Assembly (NCBI GenBank): GCA_964423405.1
Contig: CAYREY010000003.1
Span: forward strand, 3,944-67,943
Source: an uncultured Chitinophaga sp.
Lineage (GTDB): Bacteria; Bacteroidota; Bacteroidia; Chitinophagales; LD1
DNA: 64,000 bases
Reading direction: 5' to 3'
Shown: piece after piece, positions 9,519-16,614 of the stretch
Layout: each line of letters starts with the position of its first letter
Numbering within the stretch: the first letter of the stretch is position 1
The notes under the pieces: generated by a model
The model's input: only the letters and a program-made list of their open reading frames with translations
Database searches by the model: none
What the model was told of the DNA's origin: nothing
Translations under genes and position numbers: made by a program

Positions 9519-12500
9519 GCTTGTTTTCCCTCGTATTCGTTTATGTATTCTTTCACTAACAGGTTGTTAATGTATTTGGCCGTTTCCGGCTCTAAATCAA
9601 TTTTTGTAGTATCGAAATTGCTTACCACTAATTGCAACATTAGCTTGCTAAAGTAATCTTCGTTAGTAAGCAGGCGGGTGTTTATTAAAACCTTTTCGTC
9701 GGCGTCGTTTTTAATAAGCACCAGTGCTTCACAAATTTCACTTTCGCGTTTGCTTACGTTGCCACGCTCTACCACCCGTTTGTGCAGGCGGGCGTATTTA
9801 GCATCGTTTTCGTATTTGGCCTTTAGCAAATTGTTTTTGCGGTTTAGCTCTGTTACCTTATCAAATATTTGCTGCAGGGCAGCAATGTTGCGCTTCATAT
9901 CTTCCTGCGTAATTTCATCCAGATTCTTTTTATCAAACAGCCTTCTAAGTTCATCGTGCAGGGTAGTAAACTGCGGGTCCACCTGGTCAAAATTACTGCC
10001 CAGGGCTTCGCGGGTTCTTTGCAGAATATCTTTTAATTCATCGGCAATAATCATTTCCTCTTCGCTAATCTTACGGAACATAAACAGGATATTTTCCAGC
10101 GCCACGTTTAGCAGGTTGGTAGTATCAACACTGTTTTGCACCGAGTCTTTCAGGTTCAGCAAATCGAGGTGATGAGCAGCTTCGCGGTATAAATCGTTCA
10201 GCTTTTTAAAATCCGTGCGCTCCAGCAAATCGTAATGTCCGTATAAGCGGATAAGGTTGTACAGGTTGCGCGCTCCCTCTAAAGCCTTTTTGATTTCGAG
10301 CACCGTTTTGCGGTCTTCAATCTGGCTTATCTGGCGGGCAAATATTTCAGCGTTCTGTAAATCGTAATGGAAAAGCTTTTCCTTAATGTCGCGCAACTCA
10401 GCCTCAATTTCTTCTGCCGACTTAAACAAGGCGCTATACTTACCCATTTCATCGCCCAGTTCTTCCTGCAACTCGTCGAAATAAGCCTTGTTGGCTTTGT
10501 CAAACTCCAAAGTTATATCTGCAAAGTCAACCACAAACCCATAGCGGAATGCCTTATAGGGCCGGTTAACGCGAGTAAGGGTTTGGAGCAGGTTATGGTC
10601 TTTAATAACGCGGCCAATGAACAGTTTTTTAAGACGCTTGGCATCAAAGCCGGTAAGCAGCATGTTGTATACAAACAGCAAATCAATTTTGCCATCTTTA
10701 AAATCTTCAACCTGTTGTTTGCGTTCGTCTTTCGTTCCAATATCGTGCAGTATCAAAGCAGCCCTCAAGTCTTTTTTATAACGTATTTGAAAGCTGGTAT
10801 AACTTACATCGGGCTCCTTTATTATAGCATACGGTTCTACCGGTTCGGTAACTGTTTGTTGCGGGCTGTATTTGTTTACAAAAATGCGGAACATCTGCTC
10901 AGCCTGGTCTGCGCTATCGCAAACTACCATACCGCCAATGGTATCATCATTAAAGCGTATGCGGCTTTTTACAAAGTCCTCTACAATATAATCGAGCATA
11001 GGTTCTACAAACCGCGTGTGCGAAAAAATAACGCGGCGGTCGGCATCTCCTTTAAGCAGCTTTATTTCTTTAAGCGCCTGCTCCAGTTGCATCCGGTAAT
11101 TGGTTTCAATACCTTCACGAATAAGGCGCAGGGTGTAACCATCTGCTATAGAGGCATTGTAATAATACTTGTGAATGTAACCGCCAAAGGTATCGCGCGA
11201 TTTCCGGTCGCTGCCAATTAAAGGTGTACCGGTTAAGCCAATCAGTACAGCGTTGCGGTCGCTGCTGGTAAGGTTAGCCAGAAAACTACCATTAGGGTCG
11301 TAGCTTCGGTGCACCTCATCTAAAAAATAAATACGCTGCGTACTAAGGTCGTAATCGTTAGCCTTAATAGCGTCGGTATCGTCTTTAAATTTTTGAATGT
11401 TTACTACCGTAATTTCTCTTTGACCGCTCAGGTTATGTATGGCGCCACGCTTGCCAAAATCGCGCCTCAAATCCTCTTTAGAGTTAACGGTATGCACTAT
11501 TAAACCGCGAGAGGTAAACTCTCGGTGGGCCTGGGTTGCTAAATCAATTCTATCTACAATAAAATAAAACTTAGGCACCACGCCTTTGCGCTGGTAGTAA
11601 TCGGTAAGATAATGCACATTGTAATAGGCCAATGCGGTTTTCCCGCTGCCCTGTGTGTGCCAAATAATGCCTTTCTTTTCCCCGGCCTGCAGCGTTTTTT
11701 CAATAGCAAACGTTGCAAAAATTTGCGGGTAACGCATTATATGCTTTTCAAGCCCCTTGGGTTCATTTACATAGGCAATGGCGTATTTTAAAACTATTGC
11801 TAGCCTCTCTTTACAAAACAGCGAAGTGAGCAAGCGATTGGTGGGTGTGTCTACTTCCTTATTAGTAATAAACTCAGGCGAGTGCTTTATACTGAGGAGA
11901 TTGTTATCTTTTAATACGGCATTTTCCAGTATATCATCTTCAGGCCGTAATGTGGTAATGGTTGACAGGGGTTCCTCTTCTCGGAATACATTGAAATTTG
12001 CATCGCTGTAACCGGTAGTAGCGTAAAATGCACCCTGTATGGGCTCTATCGATTCTGCATCATACTCCATGTTATTAGAGAACACAAGCAGTTGCAGGGT
12101 ATTAATGAATTTGCGAAACTTTTTGTTTTTAAAGCGGATATTAATACGCTCGCGCTCAGCTAAAACTCCATCGGTATTATTGGGCTTTTTTACCTCGATA
12201 AACGCCAGAGGCATACCATTAATAAGCACTGTAATATCCGGGCGAAATTCATCGTCACCGTTTTTGAAAGTTAACTCTGTAACTACATGGAAAGAGTTGC
12301 GCGAAAAATCATTAAAATCAATCAGTTTAATACCCGAAGTAGCTGTAAGCATTTTGTAAAAGGCCTGTCCTAAATCTTCATTATCCAAGGTCAGCGATAC
12401 TTTTTCCAATATCCGTTTTATATCGCTTTGCTCTAAACCATCATTTATTTTTAAAATGCTTTTGGTAAATACGTCGGTAAAAATATTGGTGCTTTCATCC

Positions 12501-12595
12501 CGGTTAGCTTTTGCTAACGACAAGTAGGCATAACCCATTCTACACAAATGCAGTATTGCGGGGATTTTTACTCTTGTATTCTCGTTAAAAGCCAT
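9512..12595 (-). CDS. hsdR: type I R-M restriction/helicase subunit
   Basis: SF2 motifs HTQGSGKTALAY (motif I) and FLDEVHRS (motif II), plus LTGTPL. 1027 aa, at the head of the R-M-S operon. Confidence 0.95.
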   Translation of the reverse strand: MAFNENTRVKIPAILHLCRMGYAYLSLAKANRDESTNIFTDVFTKSILKINDGLEQSDIKRILEKVSLTLDNEDLGQAFYKMLTATSGIKLIDFNDFSRNSFHVVTELTFKNGDDEFRPDITVLINGMPLAFIEVKKPNNTDGVLAERERINIRFKNKKFRKFINTLQLLVFSNNMEYDAESIEPIQGAFYATTGYSDANFNVFREEEPLSTITTLRPEDDILENAVLKDNNLLSIKHSPEFITNKEVDTPTNRLLTSLFCKERLAIVLKYAIAYVNEPKGLEKHIMRYPQIFATFAIEKTLQAGEKKGIIWHTQGSGKTALAYYNVHYLTDYYQRKGVVPKFYFIVDRIDLATQAHREFTSRGLIVHTVNSKEDLRRDFGKRGAIHNLSGQREITVVNIQKFKDDTDAIKANDYDLSTQRIYFLDEVHRSYDPNGSFLANLTSSDRNAVLIGLTGTPLIGSDRKSRDTFGGYIHKYYYNASIADGYTLRLIREGIETNYRMQLEQALKEIKLLKGDADRRVIFSHTRFVEPMLDYIVEDFVKSRIRFNDDTIGGMVVCDSADQAEQMFRIFVNKYSPQQTVTEPVEPYAIIKEPDVSYTSFQIRYKKDLRAALILHDIGTKDERKQQVEDFKDGKIDLLFVYNMLLTGFDAKRLKKLFIGRVIKDHNLLQTLTRVNRPYKAFRYGFVVDFADITLEFDKANKAYFDELQEELGDEMGKYSALFKSAEEIEAELRDIKEKLFHYDLQNAEIFARQISQIEDRKTVLEIKKALEGARNLYNLIRLYGHYDLLERTDFKKLNDLYREAAHHLDLLNLKDSVQNSVDTTNLLNVALENILFMFRKISEEEMIIADELKDILQRTREALGSNFDQVDPQFTTLHDELRRLFDKKNLDEITQEDMKRNIAALQQIFDKVTELNRKNNLLKAKYENDAKYARLHKRVVERGNVSKRESEICEALVLIKNDADEKVLINTRLLTNEDYFSKLMLQLVVSNFDTTKIDLEPETAKYINNLLVKEYINEYEGKQAW

Positions 12596-12757
12596 TGTTG
12601 GGTTGTATGAGTTGCAAAATACATATTTTTAAGAACCCAGTAGCATTAGTAATCTACCGGCTGGTTAAGTGGGTAAAGATTAATAAAACACTCCGACACA
12701 CGCAGTCCCATTTTATGTAATCAGCACATTATGGGAAGATTTGTTCAGAGATTTTTT

Positions 12758-13489
12758 CTATTTCTTAATTTTTTTTGACAACTCATGTAGAACTAACGCC
12801 AGTCTGGGGAATTTCCTTTCGATTTCCTCCATTTTCATTTGATAAGAGGGAGTTTGCGAAACCATTATCCATTCAATATTGGTGATATATTTCAATATCG
12901 CCTCCATTTTTTGATCAACTCCAGAAATTTTTTCTCGCTTAAAGAAGTCGCTGAAAATTTCACTTTTAAAATCGTTAAGGTCATATTTAAGGTTATGAAC
13001 AAAACAATTCCGAAGACGGTTAATTTCCAGCAAAAAAGGAATGATTTGAGGGTATATACCCTGTTTGGATGGCAATAACTTTACTTTATTCCAAAAAGAT
13101 AGTTTTGCTTGTGCTAAGAGATTTTCATCATCACAGACTTTAAAGTTTCCAAGTAAAATCTGATCAATCAAGTGCTCAAGGCGCAAATGGGCAATGAGTA
13201 GTTTGTTTACAAATTCGGGATTTGCTGGTTTTAGATCATCATTCAGGCGTCTTTGCTGATCTCCTAATGCCAAAATCATTTCTTGGCCACCTAATGTCAT
13301 ATCACGAAGTACGTCTTCTTCGTTCATGAGCTCTTCTACCATAAGTTTTGTAACAACATCAATACCAAGGTCGTCAAGGAAGCCTTGCCATTCATGCGGA
13401 GGTATATCACGTTTCTTTTGCTTCGCTTCTTTTAGAAAATTTCTAAAACGGTCTATATTAGCGTTATCAGGCATTGGTGAATTTTTCAT
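12758..13489 (-). CDS. HEPN-domain (RNxxxH) protein, paralog 1
   Basis: Motif EINRLRNCFVHNLKY fits Rx4H. Colinear with its neighbour paralog (LIAHLRLEHLIDQIL / KLSFWNKVKLLP). I moved the start from the TTG at 13516 to the ATG at 13489, because MKNSPMPDN aligns with the paralog's MKYPPMPNQ. Confidence 0.7.
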   Translation of the reverse strand: MKNSPMPDNANIDRFRNFLKEAKQKKRDIPPHEWQGFLDDLGIDVVTKLMVEELMNEEDVLRDMTLGGQEMILALGDQQRRLNDDLKPANPEFVNKLLIAHLRLEHLIDQILLGNFKVCDDENLLAQAKLSFWNKVKLLPSKQGIYPQIIPFLLEINRLRNCFVHNLKYDLNDFKSEIFSDFFKREKISGVDQKMEAILKYITNIEWIMVSQTPSYQMKMEEIERKFPRLALVLHELSKKIKK

Positions 13490-13513
13490 GTTAAGTTTAG
13501 GAATTTTATACTG

Positions 13514-13548
13514 CAAAACAAGCTACAAGCGATGCAACCTATTTGCAT
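13514..13548 (-). promoter_or_regulatory. palindrome + TTTG module, copy 1
   Basis: In gene orientation: ATGCAAATAGGTTGCAT-CGCTTGTAGCTTGT-TTTG. The TTTG ends about 24 nt before the ATG at 13489. Confidence 0.65.
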
Positions 13549-13599
13549 TCCAGAAAATACTCCATTAAGCAAAAGAATATCGAAATATTTCGGCAGCAT

Positions 13600-14376
13600 C
13601 TACAAATGCTTCAACCAATTTTCTATCGTTTTCCCATTGCCAAAAGATACCTGCCTAAGTATCGGATTGCTGTTCACAACGTCCTGCATTTGATCTTTAA
13701 GTGATGGCGTCTGTAGCAGCAAAATAAATTCCGCCACAGCGACAAACTTCATTATAGCCCGGAATTTGTCTTCAGGAGTGTCAGTCTTTTCGTCTTTCAA
13801 ATATTTTTTAAATCGCCTTCCTTCAAAATTCCGTATATCGAATTTTATGTTGTGCGCATATTCGTTTCTAAGAGTGTTTATTTCGTGCAGGAGGGAAATT
13901 ATCTCCTTAGATAATGGCGAATTTGTCGGCAACATTTTCAACTTCTGGTAAAAAGAAAGCTTTGCTTTGCTCAGATTATCTTCCCCTCGCTTATCCCTTA
14001 GATTGTCAGTTATTATTTTCTCAATAATGTATTCAAGCCTCAAATGCGCAATGAGAAATTCGCCGACTTGTCCTGCATTTAAAGGATTTAGTATCTCCTC
14101 CAACTTAGTGCGCTCCTTGTCAACCGTTTCGGCCAATTCAGCAACTGCCGTAAAATATTGAATTGCTCTTTTGAAGAGTCTCCCCCAATCATAGCCCTCT
14201 TCGGCCATAATCTGTTTTACTCTTTCTTTACCAAGCATATCCTCCAATTCTTTCCACTTTGGACTCGGATCATTTGACAGGCTAGATAGAGGCCTCTTTT
14301 CCTCTGTTTTGGCCTTTTGCAACAATTCCCGTAGCTCTTGTTCGGCACTTTGGTTTGGCATAGGTGGATATTTCAT
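13600..14376 (-). CDS. HEPN-domain (RNxxxH) protein, paralog 2
   Basis: Motif EINTLRNEYAHNIKF fits Rx4H. Paralogous to 12758..13489. Lies 19 nt downstream of the radical SAM gene with no palindrome between them, so it is probably co-transcribed. Confidence 0.7.
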   Translation of the reverse strand: MKYPPMPNQSAEQELRELLQKAKTEEKRPLSSLSNDPSPKWKELEDMLGKERVKQIMAEEGYDWGRLFKRAIQYFTAVAELAETVDKERTKLEEILNPLNAGQVGEFLIAHLRLEYIIEKIITDNLRDKRGEDNLSKAKLSFYQKLKMLPTNSPLSKEIISLLHEINTLRNEYAHNIKFDIRNFEGRRFKKYLKDEKTDTPEDKFRAIMKFVAVAEFILLLQTPSLKDQMQDVVNSNPILRQVSFGNGKTIENWLKHL

Positions 14377-14395
14377 GTTAAGCTAATTTATAGTT

Positions 14396-15631
14396 TTAAA
14401 ACAATCTACCAGCGGGATTTAATGAGCCGGCCAACTCATGCATGGTCTGCCAATCGGCGCTACTAAACGTAGGCGAGTATGCTACATGCGGAATAGCATA
14501 TTCACCCAGCACTCCTTCGCCATACTCCGGACCTGCATGATGCTTTTGCATTTCTGTACCAGGTAAAAACATAAGGGGATAGGCTACGACATTCTTAATT
14601 CCAAGGCGGGTTACCTGGTCCACATCGTTTTTAAAAGATTTTAGAGTTTGGTTAGGTAAACCATATATAAGGCTGATACCAAACTTAATCCCTCTGTCGC
14701 GCAACGCATCTAGAGTCTTTTGGATAGCTGGGTAATTGTTTCGGCGCTTTATTACAGCATTAACCAACGGGTCGAAAGTTTGTATACCAAGTTCAATCTC
14801 CGAGCCGGTCTCTGCAATAAGATCAAGAAAACGCTCATCATTTTTGCGGCTGATAAGTTCGGGCCTAACCTGGAAATTGAAAACACCTTTCATACCAAGG
14901 CTATTGACTTGCTCAAGGTAAGGTATGTATGTATTACCCATGTTGAATACCGGATCGGTTACACTTATGCGTGTAGGAGAAAATTTATGGATGTGCTCCA
15001 GTTCTGGCAATAGGCGAGTTTCGAGGTAATAATAAACCTTGCGTTGATCAAGGTCGTGCTGAGCACAAAAGGTGCATTCATATGGGCAGCCCCTTTTAGT
15101 CTCTAACCTTATTCTGGACGTATTATTGCTTAAGGAAATAACATCAGTAATAAACGGCGAAGGTATTAGGCTAAAATCTACCCCGACCTGCGAAATGGCC
15201 GGTGCAGTACCAGTTTGGACAATTTGATACAAAGCGCTCTCAGCATAGCCCAGTATAAAATGATCTGCATCCGGGTAAAATTTCTTCAAAGTTGTTAACT
15301 CATTTACATTAACCTGGTAACCTCCAGCGATAATGGAGGCCGGAACCTTATTATCCTTTAGCCACCGCATTAACCCCAGTGATTGCTTGTGCGACCAGAT
15401 GTAACAGCTAACAGCTATAAAATCCATAGCATGCCAATCAAGCCCTATAGTCTCCCAATCTATTACGCGCAATGGGCGGCTAGCCAGATTAATAGATTTG
15501 TGATGGACTTCGTAGTCTTGTCCATACCCTGGTTGACCTTTTAAATAGGAAAGAATGGAGCCTACCGAAAAGGCTACTTCGGGTTCGTCATACCGGATAA
15601 TATCGAAGGTTACAATTGCAAGGTGTTTCAT
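14396..15631 (-). CDS. radical SAM enzyme with an N-terminal B12-binding-like domain
   Basis: CxxxCxxC cluster in KRGCPYECTFCAQ. The ~170 aa before it are flavodoxin-like (MKHLAIVTFD...IIAGGYQV), as in class B radical SAM proteins. Confidence 0.8.
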   Translation of the reverse strand: MKHLAIVTFDIIRYDEPEVAFSVGSILSYLKGQPGYGQDYEVHHKSINLASRPLRVIDWETIGLDWHAMDFIAVSCYIWSHKQSLGLMRWLKDNKVPASIIAGGYQVNVNELTTLKKFYPDADHFILGYAESALYQIVQTGTAPAISQVGVDFSLIPSPFITDVISLSNNTSRIRLETKRGCPYECTFCAQHDLDQRKVYYYLETRLLPELEHIHKFSPTRISVTDPVFNMGNTYIPYLEQVNSLGMKGVFNFQVRPELISRKNDERFLDLIAETGSEIELGIQTFDPLVNAVIKRRNNYPAIQKTLDALRDRGIKFGISLIYGLPNQTLKSFKNDVDQVTRLGIKNVVAYPLMFLPGTEMQKHHAGPEYGEGVLGEYAIPHVAYSPTFSSADWQTMHELAGSLNPAGRLF

Positions 15632-15652
15632 AAGGTGGTTTATTTATACCGA

Positions 15653-15687
15653 CAAAAATGAAACGACGCAATGCAACCTATTTGCAT
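15653..15687 (-). promoter_or_regulatory. palindrome + TTTG module, copy 2
   Basis: In gene orientation: ATGCAAATAGGTTGCAT-TGCGTCGTTTCATT-TTTG, 21 nt before the radical SAM ATG at 15631. Confidence 0.65.
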
Positions 15688-15696
15688 TTGAGATAT

Positions 15697-16614
15697 TTAT
15701 TTCAAATCTGGATAGTTATGGTCGATGTATTCCTTAAACCAAATTAGGACTTCGACTAAAGCAAGAACAGAACTTTGAAAAGCATATTTTGTAACTGGGT
15801 GATCGTAACGATGTGATAGCGTTTGGCAGGTATTAACTACCGAAGAAAACAACCAACTCACATGATCAGTAAAAATGGCTTTAGGCGCTACAATTTCTCC
15901 AGAGCCGAGATTAATTTTTGCTAAATCAACCTTTCTGCCGGACAAAAATAATTCTGCGGCTTTTAGGTTTAATCGCAAATTAGCTCCTGGCTTTAACAAA
16001 GCATCCGGCAAGAAAGCTCTATTGTCTATTGTATTTGCACGTTTAAGCATTTCTTCGACCAGACCACGAATAACATTGAAATTTGCCTGGCTATACGTCC
16101 GTTCTTCTAAACAGCCGAGTAAGGAAATCATTTTATCTTGCGAAGCAATAGGTAAATACCTACCACCAAATACACTGAAGGCCTCTGGATATTTAAGTTT
16201 TAGTTTCTGTTGAGGCAAATCTTCAATCAAGAATTGAAGTTTCCGCAACATAGGCTCCGCACCTTTAGCCTTATCAAAAATCAAATCACTTTCAGTTTCA
16301 GGAATTTGGTCGAAAAGACGCTCGAAATGGCCGGTGTTAATTACAAAAGGGACAAATATGTTTTGCTTTCGTAATTCCTTAATTTTTGCCACAGCAGTGT
16401 GAATGTGCTTGTCAGTTTCTTGTGGCATGTCTTCACTTAGCCATCCCCTTCCGTCTAAAATGATTCCAGAAAATTCTCTATGCCTTCGCTCCAGTTCAAT
16501 AAGGCCCTCTTCTAAACCCTGGTAGTGTTCAATCTCAAAGTTAAATCGGCTCGCGCTATCATACAACGAATCGGCCACACTCTTGTCATCATCTATTAGG
16601 AGGATTTTAATCAT
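15697..16614 (-). CDS. response-regulator receiver (REC) protein with an uncharacterised ~180-aa C-terminal domain
   Basis: N-terminal MIKILLIDDDKSVADSL ... FSGIILDGRGW ... VPFVINTGH fits the REC beta1/beta3/beta4 pattern with an acceptor Asp. Overlaps the kinase gene by 8 nt. Confidence 0.7.
   Translation of the reverse strand: MIKILLIDDDKSVADSLYDSASRFNFEIEHYQGLEEGLIELERRHREFSGIILDGRGWLSEDMPQETDKHIHTAVAKIKELRKQNIFVPFVINTGHFERLFDQIPETESDLIFDKAKGAEPMLRKLQFLIEDLPQQKLKLKYPEAFSVFGGRYLPIASQDKMISLLGCLEERTYSQANFNVIRGLVEEMLKRANTIDNRAFLPDALLKPGANLRLNLKAAELFLSGRKVDLAKINLGSGEIVAPKAIFTDHVSWLFSSVVNTCQTLSHRYDHPVTKYAFQSSVLALVEVLIWFKEYIDHNYPDLK

Noticed and set aside
10367-11221. 284-aa plus-strand ORF, and others at 9678..10172, 11778..12359 and 8131..8472, inside hsdR/hsdM
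   Set aside because: They are antisense shadow ORFs within genes that have unambiguous helicase or methylase motifs. Their translations are low-complexity (Leu/Phe/Ser-rich) with no motifs.
13490-13516. TTG start codons proposed by the track for the HEPN-1 gene (13516) and the second helicase (27904)
   Set aside because: In both cases the TTG lies inside or at the TTTG promoter box. A downstream in-frame ATG gives an N-terminus that aligns with the paralog (MKNSPMP versus MKYPPMP; MDILNFF versus ISILDFLHF).
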